A stretch of 64,000 nucleotides of DNA from NCBI RefSeq assembly GCF_006345805.1, contig NC_043022.1, forward strand, positions 9,238,001 through 9,302,000. The letters run 5' to 3'. Positions within the stretch are counted from its first letter, which is position 1; each line of letters begins with the position of its first letter. The translations under genes were made by a program, and so were the position numbers. The notes under the pieces were generated by a model. The model saw only the letters and a list, made by a program, of their open reading frames with translations. It made no database searches and was not told where the DNA came from. Source of the stretch: Octopus sinensis. Its lineage: Eukaryota. Below, one piece after another: positions 1-10,974 of this stretch.

Positions 1-39
1 GATGGTGCAACCTCATTGATTTGCAATGCCGGCGACACT

Positions 40-220
40 TTGAAGGCACCCGCTACAGTCTTGGAGTAGTTGGTGTTAGGAAGGGCATCCAACCATAGAA
101 ACCAAGCCAAAATCAGACTGGCGCCAGGTACAGCTCTCCTGCTTACCAACTCCAAAGTCAAATTGTGGAACCCAAGCCAGCACAGGAAGCAGAAGCTAAA
201 TGATGGTGATGATGATGATT
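40..220 (+). mobile_element. Degenerate copy of the RTE-LINE 3' tail (or tail-sharing SINE)
   Basis: Contains the tggtgttaggaagggcatcc motif and ends in (GAT)n; homologous to the 3' end of the RTE at 48.9 kb. Confidence 0.7.
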
Positions 221-489
221 AAATTTTTTCCACTATATGCATGAGGTATGAAATTTGTAGGAAGTGGGGGGGGGGGCTAATAAATTACATAGATTCTAAT
301 GCTCAATTGGTACTTATTTCATCAATCCTGAGAGGATGAAAGGCAAAGCTGACATCAGTGGAATTTGAGTTGAGAACATAGAACTGCAAAAGTGCAGCTA
401 AACATTTTGTCTGGCATGCTAATGATTTCAGGCTATCTGAAAGAATTATTAATCTTTAGAGAAAATTAATTTAATTTTCATCATCAGCA

Positions 490-735
490 GAAAAATTCTA
501 CTGTTTATTTGAGAAAATGTCTACTGGTTATTTGAGAAAAAAAATCTACTGTTTATTTGAGAAAAATTCTAGTGGTTATTTCAGAATATTTCTAGTGGTT
601 GAGAAACTTTCGACTGGTTACTTTACAATATTTCTAGTGGTTATTTGAGAAAAATTCTAGTGGTTATTTGAGAAAATTTCTAGTGGTTATTTGAGAATAT
701 TTCTAGTGGTTATTGGAGAAAATTCTGGTGGCTGG
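490..735. repeat. Minisatellite, ~22-23 bp unit (ttctagtggttatttgagaaaa), about 11 degenerate copies
   Basis: Directly visible head-to-tail repeats with no unique spacers. Confidence 0.9.
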
Positions 736-1134
736 AAATAATTTAAAAAGATCCTGTTTCCCCTGCACCTTGAGACACTAATTTGAAAAAACAGGATGAT
801 TATAAATGGAATGCTATAGTTGTGTATCTATCTCTTTGCACATGACGTGGCTGGCATTGCAGGTGGGTTCTGAGTTCCATCTCACAGAGTGGCACCTTGG
901 GCAAGTGTCTTGTACTAAAGCCTGGGGCTGACCAAAGCTTTGTGACTGTATGTGGTAGACAGAAACTGAAAAAAGCCTACGCTGTGTGTAATGTGTGTGT
1001 GTGTGTGTGTGTGTATTTTTGTTTTTCTCCCACCACTTCTTAAGAACCGGTGTTACTGTTTACATTTACATGACTTAGCAGTTCAGTAAAAGAGATTGTA
1101 GAATAAGTGCCAGGCTTTAAAAAAAATAAGCACC

Positions 1135-1378
1135 ATCTGAACGTGGCTGATGGCTAGCTTCCGTGCCGGCATCTACCAACCATGGCCGTTGCCAGCCTCG
1201 CCTGGCACATAAAAAGCACCCACTACACTCATGGAGTGGTTGGCATTAGGAAGGTCATCCAGCTGTAGAAACACTGCCAGTTCAGACTGGAGCCTTCCCA
1301 GACCCCGGTCAAACCGTCCAACCCATGCCAGCATGAAAAACGGATGCTAAACGATGATGATGATGATGATGATGATGA
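1135..1378 (+). mobile_element. RTE-LINE 3' tail copy ending in (GAT)n
   Basis: ccgtccaacccatgccagcatgaaaaacggatgctaaacgatgatgat. Further copies at about 12520-12720(-), 13490-13742(+), 15440-15660(+), 26725-26945(+), 28895-29110(-), 33815-34110(-), 41685-42210(-), 57240-57500(-), 60003-60375(-). Confidence 0.85.
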
Positions 1379-1494
1379 AGTACTGGGGTTGATTAATTCA
1401 ACTAAAATCGTTCAGGGTGGTGCATCAGCATGGTCGCAGTCAGGTGACTGAAACAAGTGAAAAATAGAGATGACCTTACATTTTTAACACATAC

Positions 1495-1708
1495 CCGAAA
1501 AATAAAAGGAAGGGTGAGAAACAATCAAGAATGTGTTTTGTAAAAAGTTGATGCAGACCCTAAATGTCTGGGACACCTCATTCTTAGACTTTGTTGACAA
1601 ACAGTCATTGACCATTTGCTTAATTCTGCCAGCTGGAGTACCACTCATCCAGGAGTGGAGGATACTTATATTTTGTTGCCATATTTGCAGCTTATCAACA
1701 TCATGAAC
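1495..1708 (-). CDS. Candidate internal coding exon of an unidentified - strand gene (VHDVDKLQIWQQNISILHSWMSGTPAGRIKQMVNDCLSTKSKNEV...)
   Basis: Non-repetitive open frame bounded by acceptor tttgattcag (AG at 1710-1709) and donor gtatgt (1494-1489). No homology recognised. Confidence 0.3.
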
Positions 1709-1769
1709 CTGAATCAAAGTGGAGATGATGTTTTGCAAACAACTTGCACATGCAAGTGCTACCAGTCAA

Positions 1770-2300
1770 TAACTCCGTATACCGGAAGCCAGCAAGTGTA
1801 TGGGGTCATCAGGAGAGAATGCGCGCCGTTTCAGGGCCTACCTCTCAACAGCATCAATGCGCACCGGCCCCCCTCACTGATGAGGCCCCGCTTGCTAGAT
1901 CAGCTGGTTATCAAATAAAGCTCAATATCCTTCTCGCCATCGCTCATCGTCTCTTTTTAACCAAATCCAGTGGCTAGCCTTCTCCACTGTAGATTGGATA
2001 TCGGTCATGGTGGTATTGACTTTACGATGAGGTAGGCCTAGCGATAACAACAGTCATCTCACAGTGTCCAACAAACCCTCTACATCCAACTTCGATTGGA
2101 AAATGCTCTGCTTTCCAACTTGCATCTTCACATTCCTCGAGGAGGTTTACATAACGGTTAAATTTTCGAGCCCGAGCAGCGTCCATTTTATCTTCATGAG
2201 GAACCGTTAGCTCGACTATATTTACAACTTTCCTTCTTTCACACCACAGCAGAATATTTATATATAAATTGTGTAAGAACCATTTGCTGGTATGCCACAA
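1770..2300 (-). mobile_element. 3' fragment of a non-LTR retrotransposon with restriction-like endonuclease (HERO/NeSL-like)
   Basis: Translation KVVNIVELTVPHE...ARKFNRY..LLEEC...W.AEHFPIEVGCRGF, then after a frameshift LLSLGLPHRKV...VEKASHWIWLKRD, matching the PD-(D/E)xK RLE C-terminus. Followed by a 3' UTR-like segment (ggccctgaaac...cctgatgacccc). Confidence 0.8.
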
Positions 2301-2419
2301 CGATGCATATATAAGATTAAATTCAGTTCTGAATTAAAAGCAACACTAGTGTTATGTGATATCTCCCCAATGAGGAAATGGCACGTAGCATAGGAGAGCA
2401 GATAGGTGACCACTGGCAG

Positions 2420-2722
2420 GAGCTCAAAGAGGAGAAAAGTTCCTCAATACTCTATCAACATTCTCATAGAGGTTCGGTTAATAACATGGATGCTAAAGTA
2501 TTATCAATGCATAGAATAGACACAACACTTAGATTACAGAGGTGGGTAGGTGAACAAAGTGGATAGGTGAACAGAGCAGCTAGGATCTCAAAGAGGAGAA
2601 AAGTTTGTCAGTACTCTACCAACATGCTCAATTAGAGCATAGAGGTTCGGTTAATAACATAAATGATACAATATTATCAAAGCATAGAACAGACACAACA
2701 TTTGTTAGACAGATTACAGAGG
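2420..2722. repeat. Direct tandem duplication of a ~120-135 bp segment
   Basis: ctcaaagaggagaaaagtt...catagaggttcggttaataacat...agacacaaca...agattacagagg at ~2420-2540 and ~2587-2722. Confidence 0.85.
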
Positions 2723-3437
2723 CCCCACACAGTAGTAGACAGATCAAGCCTTCTCAAAAAACATGAATGGAACAATAACACCTCATCACCACACTATGCA
2801 ACAAAACAACAAAAGATAGAATAAGGAAAAAAGTCAGATACAAACAGTATAATACGGAAACCAATAGACACAAAAAACACACATACACATACTTAAGATG
2901 GAATGAAGGAAAGAATAAAGATTAAAAAAGTGAATGAATGAAAAAACTAAAATAAAGGGCATAAATAAATAAAGTTCAAACAGTAATCTAACCCATATAC
3001 AGATATCAAATCACACAAACAAAAAACATAGACACACACACACAGATACAGATGTAAACACATTCTAAGATAAGGATACACAGCATAGAAAGACAAAATA
3101 GACTAAACAGGAAGAGACACATGGGATGGAGAGTCACCGAAAAGGCCACAGGAGGTGTAACAGAAGATTTTCAAAGGGCAATTAAGAATAATAAATCTGA
3201 AGTGAAGAACAAATGTATAGTCCATGTGTTTATTTTATATTCGTCTATGGTAACGCTAGGGGTATGCAAACAAGCTAGGCTGTATGACAGGCTGTATTTC
3301 TAGGCTGTATGACAGTTTACAACTAGTACTTATTTATCATATAATGATACTGACCAGTAAGTTAGCTTTTCAGGATTGCATCATGGTTATACCAATATAA
3401 TGTAAGATAAATATAATAATTCTAGGATGGAATTTAT

Positions 3438-3848
3438 GGATCTTTTCGGTTTGAACGGCAGTTTTTTAAAATAATTTCCACGTAACTAAACACTTTTAAA
3501 CTTCGTATGCTGGTAGAATGTGTTTATAAAACATGTTTTTCTCTTCGCTTTATTGAGAAAATTCGATAGTTTGTAAGATATTTGTTGTTTTTTTTCTTCG
3601 ATTTCTGCAATTTCAACCAATCAATGACGTCTATTGAGGTGAAAACATTCTGTGCCGTATAAATATGTCCCTCGGTTAAGAAACAGATTGGGTTTATTTA
3701 CATTTCTGAAGAAAAAAAGATACCATTCCCGCCACCCCTAACCCTAAAACAGATTGAAATACAATAGATCGATACTAGGGTTATAATTATGGGTGACAAT
3801 TTCATATGACACCGCTAGAAAAAACTGCCGTTCAAACCGAAAAGATCC
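3438..3848 (+). mobile_element. MITE with GGATCTTTTCGGTTTGAACGGCAG TIRs and 8-bp TSD (Merlin- or hAT-type)
   Basis: Near-perfect ~29 bp TIRs; TSD gaatttat on both sides; internal (CCCTAA)2. Confidence 0.9.
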
Positions 3849-3862
3849 GAATTTATAAATAT

Positions 3863-4251
3863 TTAATACATCACTACGCGCGTTTCCACAAATCACACGA
3901 TTTTGACACCAGAGTCGGTATCCTTGAGATTAGGACAGTATAGTCCGTATTATCCGTGGGCATCTGGTTGATCATCATCATTGATTCATTTCATCAGGAG
4001 ATACTGCCTTATTGAGTGAAACACTGAGGGATGTTTATCCCCTGTGGCTAGTATGAAGGCCCGTCTAGCTTTGTAGAAGGGATAAACATCAATCTGTGAT
4101 TCATCCAATAAGGCAGTATCTCCTGATGAAATGAATCAATGATGATGATCGATCATATGCCCACGGATAATACGGACTATACTGTCCTAATCTCAAGGAC
4201 TCTGATGTCAAAATCATGTGATTTGTCGAAACGCGCGTAGCGATGTATTAA
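3863..4251. mobile_element. Foldback element/MITE with ~175 bp inverted arms and ~37 nt loop, TA-flanked (Tc1/mariner-like)
   Basis: tacatcactacgcgcgtttc...ccttgagattaggacagtatagtccgtattatccgtggg...gatgtttatccc is mirrored by gggataaacatc...cccacggataatacggactatactgtcctaatctcaagg...gaaacgcgcgtagcgatgta. Confidence 0.9.
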
Positions 4252-4264
4252 GTATTGTTCATCC

Positions 4265-4731
4265 TTCGTTTTGACTTGCAGGACTGTCATTTGCATCAGC
4301 TGGTTTTGTTTGTGAATTTCCGTAAATTTTTATTTATTTACATTTGTTTTAAAGTGAAAGTTGTATGTACATGTATATGAAATGGACGTATGTGCGAGAG
4401 AGAGAGGGAGAGATAGAGAGAAGGGGTGGGTTATCATGTATACGTATATACATAAATACATACGCATTCATCTATTTTTGTGAGAGACAGTGATGTTTAA
4501 GAGGCACTCTCTTTCTCACATACATACATACATACAAAAAAGGTGTCTGTGTCTGTATTTATGTACATGTACATGACAACACACCCCTTCACTCTTTCTC
4601 TCTCTCTCTCTCTCACACACACACATCCATTTCATACACGTACACATATTTCGCTTTAAAACAAAAGTAAATAAATAACAAAAAATTACGGAAATTAACG
4701 AACAACAATGATGTCTGCAAGTCAAAACGAA
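4265..4731. mobile_element. Second, older foldback element (long imperfect inverted arms, centre ~4495-4515)
   Basis: ttcgttttgacttgcag (4265-4281) / ctgcaagtcaaaacgaa (4715-4731); inner arms aatttccgtaaa...ttttaaagtgaaa and tatgaaatgga...gagagag are mirrored on the right. Confidence 0.8.
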
Positions 4732-5023
4732 AGTGGCCTAAATATTTATAAATTTCATCCTAGAATTATTGGGTAGTTGTAAGGAATACGCAACCACCCG
4801 CTTTCGGCGTAACCCTAACTGTAAACACCGCCAATAATTGTTCTTCTTATATACAAATATATATAAATATATGTACAGGGATATTTTATTAATAAAGTAA
4901 CAAACGCATGAGATTTCTAAAATGAAGCATGGAAACAGCGATTCAAGTATATCAGAAAAATTTCGAGTCTGAACTAAGAATGACAGAGATTCGGAAATGA
5001 TGGTAAGCAAAAGTTTTGAAAGA

Positions 5024-5060
5024 ACTCACTTGAAGATGGCGCCAAAATAGAGAACACTAA
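5024..5060 (-). promoter_or_regulatory. Candidate TSS and short non-coding first exon of a - strand gene (pyrimidine-rich initiator, YY1-like GCCATCTT, donor GTGAGT)
   Basis: Minus strand reads ttctctattttggcgccatcttcaa|gtgagt; the YY1-like motif is at 5033-5041 and the donor at 5029-5024. Locally CpG-rich. Confidence 0.4.
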
Positions 5061-5119
5061 TTGAAACACGTCATCAAAACGTGTGTAAAAGAGAAAGCAA
5101 GTAAGAACAGACGGCGCGT

Positions 5120-5700
5120 GTTTGGAGACAACATGAGAGAGAGAGAAGGAAATAAAAGGAAGGACGGAGGAAGGGAGAGAGAGAGAGAGAGAAATAAAAG
5201 GTAGGACGGAGGAAGGGAGAGAGAGAAAGCGAGAAGGGAAGAAAAAAGAAAAGAATAAAAACTAAGGAGGGAGAGAGAAAGGTTAAAAGAAGTGAGGGGA
5301 GAACAGAAAGGGAAGGAGAGAGAAAAGAGACTAAGATGGAGGGACATAGAGAAGAAGAAGAAGCAAAGAAAATAAAGAGAAGTGTAGGAAGAGGAAAGGG
5401 AGAGTAACGTAGAGGAGAGAAAAAGATGTAAGAGACACAGAGCGACATAGAACTGTGTCTCTGTATAGAGAGAGAGGGAGAGGGAAAGAGAGAGGTGAGA
5501 GGAATAATAATAATGTTTGTATATAGAGAGAGAAATAGGGAGGGGGAGGAAGATAACGTGACTGACACACGTCCAGGCAGAAGGAATAGGATAAAGGTAG
5601 AAGAAAGGGATTAAAGATAACGAATAAATTAGTGAAACGGAAGAATAAGAGGCGGTGTGGTGGGGAGGGGGGCAGTCAAGATAAGAGGGGAAAATCACAG
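5120..5700. repeat. Polypurine (GA-rich) low-complexity tract; similar tracts at ~7330-7780 and ~8040-8450
   Basis: Nearly pure A/G sequence; source of the spurious Ser/Leu/Phe ORFs. Confidence 0.9.
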
Positions 5701-5824
5701 TAGATGTAGTGGGGGTATATGAAACCCTTTCTAATTTTGGCATAGGGCCAGAAATTTTTTGAAGGGAGGCGCAGATTGATTACACCGACTCGAGTACTTG
5801 ACTGGTACTTCATTTCATCGACCA

Positions 5825-6057
5825 GCGGCGAGCTGGCAGAACCGTTAGCACGCCGGGCGAAATGCGTAGCCGTATTTCGTCTGGCATTACGTTCTGAGTT
5901 CAAATTCCGCCGAGGTCGACTTTACCTTTCATCCTTTCGGAGTCGATAAATTAAGAACCAGTTACGCACTGGGGTCGATATAACCGACTTAATCCGTTTG
6001 TCTGTCCTTGTTTGTCCCTTCTGTGTTTAGCCCCTTGTGGGTAGTAAAGAAATAACT
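5825..6057 (+). mobile_element. tRNA-derived SINE, family A (gcggcgagctggcagaa...gagttcaaattccgccgaggtcgactttgcctttcatcc...)
   Basis: B-box-like gagttcaaattcc and an A-rich tail. Full copies also at 6655-6862(-), 36398-36626(-), 61223-61515(+); many degenerate copies, e.g. 230-430, 14813-14965, 25290-25520, 29520-29900, 59680-59850, 61915-62290. Confidence 0.9.
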
Positions 6058-6374
6058 TCATTTCATCGACCCTGAAAAAGATGGGAGTGAAAGGAGACCA
6101 CAGTGGGATTTGAACTCGGAATATAAAGAGCCGGAAGAAATGCCGCTAAGCGTTCTGCTCGACGATCCCAACGATTCCGGCAGCTCCCTGCTTAAGCGGA
6201 ATATATTAATAAACAGGGAGAGAGAGGGGGGGGCAAAACATTGCCATGGAGATATAGGGAAAACATCAGTCAGAAAGAGAATAAAGAAATAACAGAACAG
6301 AAGCAGGGAAGGAAGCTGGTCAACGTATATATCATGCAAAGAAAGAATTAAGGAAAATCCCCGCTGCTTTCTGC

Positions 6375-6550
6375 GGGGCCGTTTAAGCAGCATTACAGAC
6401 CCCCGGGCTAATCAATGCACTGGGCCCTATAATATTTACACTGACAGCAAACCACACAACATATGTTGATCAAAACTGGGTCCCTAGACCAGCGAGACCC
6501 CCACCCTCACACGGGGGAACAACACAGTGTGGTCATGCTTTGAGACGGCC
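6375..6550. mobile_element. Short MITE with GGCCGT.. imperfect TIRs (possibly PIF/Harbinger-like)
   Basis: ggggccgtttaagcagcat ... atgctttgagacggcc. Confidence 0.45.
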
Positions 6551-7682
6551 TAAGCCTTCGGTTATTTCTTTGTTTTCTTTTGAAGTTCTTTTGGTCTCTT
6601 TTGCCGCCGGGGTCGACTCTGTCTTTCATCTTATCGGGGTTGATAAAAGAAGTACCTATTTCTTTATTACCCACAAGGGGCTAAACACAGAGGGGACAAA
6701 CAAGGACAGACCCCAGTGCGTAACTGGTACTTAATTAATCGACCCCGAAAGGATTAAAGGAAAAGTCGACCTCGGCGGAATTTGAACTCAGAACGTAACG
6801 GCAGAGGAAATACGGCTACGCAATTCGTCCGACGTGCTAACGTTTCTGCCAGCTCGCCGCCTTGTACCAGTTGAACACTGAGGTCGATGTAACCAACTTA
6901 GCCTCACCTCCGAAGTTGCAGACCTTGGGCCAAGAGACTTTGTAAGTTGTGAGTTCAAATGCTGCGGACGTTGGGTCAACCCTGCCTTTTCCCCATGTCA
7001 ATAAAAGAAAGTACTACCAGCTCCTTTTCGCCTGTGCGGTCTTGTACTTATGTTAGTAATCCCTAAGTTCTTTATGCGCCAAGTTCAAATTTTGGCGAAA
7101 TAGTTTGTGCCCTTTCATTAGTAAAATAGGTAACATCGGCACACTGTCTCTAACTTGGAGAAGTATGCTGGGTTTTATTTAATTATATTGTTACGCAGTT
7201 TTTGACCAGTACTTAATGCTATCGTCTCGAGTGGGATTCGAACTCACCTGTCAAGTAACTGTGGGCAATTTAATCGTCTGTTGCCCATCACCTAAAAATT
7301 TTTCTTCTCTTGGAAATATACGCTGGAACAAAAAGAAACTGAGTGATGCTGATATACGTGTGGGGGTTGGGGTAAGGGATAACTGGAAGAACAGAGATTT
7401 AAAAAGAAAACAAGATTAATGGGAATTGAAGAAAGGAGAATAAAAAAACAAACGGTGAAATGAAATAGAATAAAATGAAACAGATATTAGAAGATAAATG
7501 TCTATTTATGAGTAGAGGAGAATGAAAGTAAATATAGAAATAAAGTTTGTGGACAGAGAGAGAAAGAGAGAGAGAGAGAGAGAAAGCATGACAGGGGAGA
7601 TAAGCGAGTAGGAGATCAAAGTTATATGAAGAGATGGGGGAGGGCAAATGGTGGAGGAATAGAAGTGGTGTATGTGTGTGTG

Positions 7683-7717
<35 letters not shown>

Positions 7718-8734
7718 CGAGAGAGAGAGAAGTGGAGGAGAGTGTAGGAGGCATGTAAGTTTGAGGGGGACAGTAAGAGAGAAACCATATGTCATATATA
7801 CATATATATTATATTTATTATATATATATCAATATATATATGTGTATATTCATGTGTATACATATTTATGTAGATAAATTAAAAGACACAGGAAATGAAA
7901 TAGTGTATATTTATAAATCCATATAACTCCGTTTGATCAAGCCGTGATTAAGATATATAGATTACTGTATATTATATTACATACATGCATATATCATAAA
8001 TAGATACATATAAATGTGTGTGTGTGTGTGTGTGTAGTGAAAGAGTTTGAAACATAGGAACATAAAGAGAAGAGGAGGGCAACTGCTTGAATGAGAAAAG
8101 ATTGAAAGAAAGAAAAGGAAAAAGAAAAGCAAGGAAAAGTGTAAAGAGCGAGGAGGTGGGAGTAGGAGTAAGAGTAAGACGGGAGGTGTGTCGTTGTGGG
8201 AGGAGTAAGAGGTAGCTGAAGGGAGAGAGAGAGAGAAGATAAAAGAACGATAGGGAGATGGTGAGAAGGACGAGTAGAGGACGGAGATTAAAAAAGTAAG
8301 AGGGGTAGTGGAGTGAGTAAAATTAATAGTAGGGAGAGTTGTGTGAATGAGGGAGGAGAAGGCAGAGGTTAACTGCGACAGAGAGAAAGAGCGAAAGACA
8401 GAGAGTGTCAGAGAGAGAGAGAGAAAAAATGAGTGAGAGGGGGAGGTAGCGTGCTTTGTTTTTGTTGTTAATTTTCCTTTTGGATTCTGTTTATTCACTT
8501 TCTTTGACTGCAGTGAAAAATCGTTCTGCAGAAAAGAGGAGGATAGAAGCCAAGCTGTCCGTACGTTGTTATATACATCTGCACACACATGTATGTATAT
8601 ATATGTGAATATACATACATACATATACATATATAACTAACCCTCGCTTGAAGACAGGCTTTTAAGCTCTCTATGTTGTGTTGTCGTCTAGCGAATGCCG
8701 TTCGCTGCCGACCACCACCAGTACAAGTACCGGA

Positions 8735-8943
8735 ATGGCATCCTACGGCAACGATGTACAGTCTTACCGACGATTTCTGGATAATTTCTGTCAGCATTTG
8801 AGATCAAAGAGAAGATCGACCGGAGGTTCGAATCTTGCCGAAGACGAACAAGACAAAAAAATACAGTTGTTCTACGATCACATCGTACAATGCGAAGTAG
8901 AAGGAGAATGTCTGGAATGGATAAGACAATACCTTGACCACTA
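8735..8943 (+). CDS. Likely first coding exon of an unidentified protein (MASYGNDVQSYRRFLDNFCQHLRSKRR...EGECLEWIRQYLDH)
   Basis: ATG in good context (ggaATGg); 69 codons of non-repetitive, CpG-rich, protein-like sequence; ends at donor ta|GTAGGT (phase 2); upstream acceptor ttgtcgtctAG at 8690-8691. Alternatively a 69-aa single-exon ORF ending TAG at 8942-8944. Confidence 0.7.
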
Positions 8944-9273
8944 GTAGGTGTCTCCTTTTTCTTTCTTTTTGCTTTCATTTATATAATAATAATAATTCAT
9001 ATTATTATTGTTTGTTCTAATAGACACGAGGTCAGATATTTTGCCAGAAGTGATCAATCGATTTAATCACTTGACGGGGACTTTATTTTGTTGATCCCCT
9101 AAAAAGATGAAACGTAAAGTTGACCCTGGAGTGATTTGAACTCACAATGTGGAGGCCACGATGTGTAACACTCAAAGGGATTTTCTTCGACGATCTCACG
9201 ATTCTTGCTATCGTTTATACACACATATACATACATAAATACATACATACGTGTATGTCTGTGTGTGTGTGTG

Positions 9274-9315
<42 letters not shown>

Positions 9316-9817
9316 CCTTTTTACGGCATGTATATAAGACTTGTGTGCGCGTATATAGACCTACGTTTCGTGTTTACAAGCGTGAAAAAGTACTGAATGC
9401 GTTAGAGAATATATATACACATATAGGCTATATAAATCTGAGCTTAAGTTTGTTTTTGATCATATAATTTTGAAAATATAAAGCATGATAGAATTGTAGA
9501 GATGCGTTAAAATTATGTGTGTGATTTACACAATTTAGAGTTCTCATACGAGAAGAACCCTTCTATACACACGCATATTGTGTGTGTGTGTATATATATA
9601 AATAGGTGTTGTTTTTAATTTTTTAATGAGTGATCATATATATTCTGCTCAAATGTTTTTTTTATGTGCGTGTGCGGTTATATACCCCGATATTTTTGTC
9701 TGTTGTCATCGTATATATTACCAAGTCGTATAGTAATCTTTCTCTCGTTAATTCTATCGTTCTTTTACTTTCTCTCTCTCATTATGTGTTTAATTTCTTT
9801 TTGTGTATGTATGACAG

Positions 9818-9886
9818 CGATTCGATAATGGAATTGCTTAAATCGACGAAAAATTCAAACAATAATTCGCTTGTCGATTCATCTCA
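9818..9886 (+). CDS. Candidate second coding exon (Y-DSIMELLKSTKNSNNNSLVDSS)
   Basis: Acceptor tttctttttgtgtatgtatgacAG, donor ca|GTATGT. The 69-nt phase 2-2 exon continues the 8735 frame without a stop, giving WIRQYLDHYDSIMELLKS. Confidence 0.5.
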
Positions 9887-10974
9887 GTATGTTTACTCAC
9901 TATGTGTTGTGTGCGTCTTGTACATTCTTTTAAATGCGTTTTTAAATCGCGATTTGAGAAACTTCGATGGGTTCGGAGGGATTTCAATCTATTCATTTCT
10001 TTTTGTTTTTCCTTTTTTTTTTGTGAGGAGCGATAAGAGAGGGGCAGATTAATTCAAGTGGCGCGTGGAGTGTGCGAGCGCGCACATGCACACACTCGCG
10101 CGCACGCGCACACAGCACGAGTCAATAACAGCAGGTGAAAGTGCGGAGAGTTATAATGCATGTGGTAGCTCGATCTGCTAGAAACAGCAGCCAACTTCCA
10201 TTCAAATCATCACTCCGACTATTTAAACACATTGAAATAACACCGTTCTAGATGTTCAGCGGAGTTTGAAATTAGGAGCGCCATCCTTCATGAGGAAAGC
10301 AATAGAAATTCCGTTTTTTTTTTTTGTTTTTTTAACGATTCTAAAACTATTATCATTTCATTTCTTTTTTCTTTTTTGGCATTTTTGTCTCCCTCCTTCC
10401 TTTCGATAACCCTTTCCTTTCTCATCAGGTACGGGGCTTTTATTTTAATATGAAACTCCGCCGGATTGGTCACGGTTTGAATGAATTTCTTTGCTTTGAT
10501 CACAGTTATATGCTCAATGAAAGTGTGACCTAAGGGGGTGGGGAAGCAAAGAGCTACTATACAATCCGGGTCAACGAAAGTGCCTCCACGTGGTTGCTCA
10601 GTCTGCTGGAAATAGTAGCCAGATCTGTGTTTATCACACATTCCCACTGCCTTTAACAGGGACAGGCTCGATGGACAATAATATTCATAGATATCTCCTG
10701 AAAAAGACGTAATGGTCACGGCAAGAATTCCTTTTGATCGAAAGTTGACCTAGTACTTAAAACAATACGTGCCATTGAGGAAAACTAAAACTTGTAACCA
10801 AAAACACTTCAGTTTCTGTTACTTAATGTAAACAAACGCATGGGGACATTGGAATAATTAAAAGAAACCCTTTTATTTTGAGAGATGGGAGTTTGATAAC
10901 TAATTAATCTAATTTTGATTTTCAAGAATTTTTTTTTTTATTATTATTCTAGCGAAATTATTAATTCATAAGCG

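Noticed and set aside
5033-5050. aagATGGCG as a + strand start codon
   Set aside because: The frame stops after four codons (ATG GCG CCA AAA TAG).
5057-5743. Long Ser/Leu/Phe-rich ORFs (also 7977-8630, 20048-20686, 40779-41508, 58455-59158) resembling membrane proteins
   Set aside because: They arise from polypurine/polypyrimidine tracts that lack stop codons by composition.
8850-9850. Faint resemblance of FYDHIVQ...IRQYLDHYDSIM to the first helix of Mab-21/cGAS-like proteins
   Set aside because: Only a generic amphipathic pattern; no GS..EG or DEFD nucleotidyltransferase motif found in the window, so no product name is assigned.
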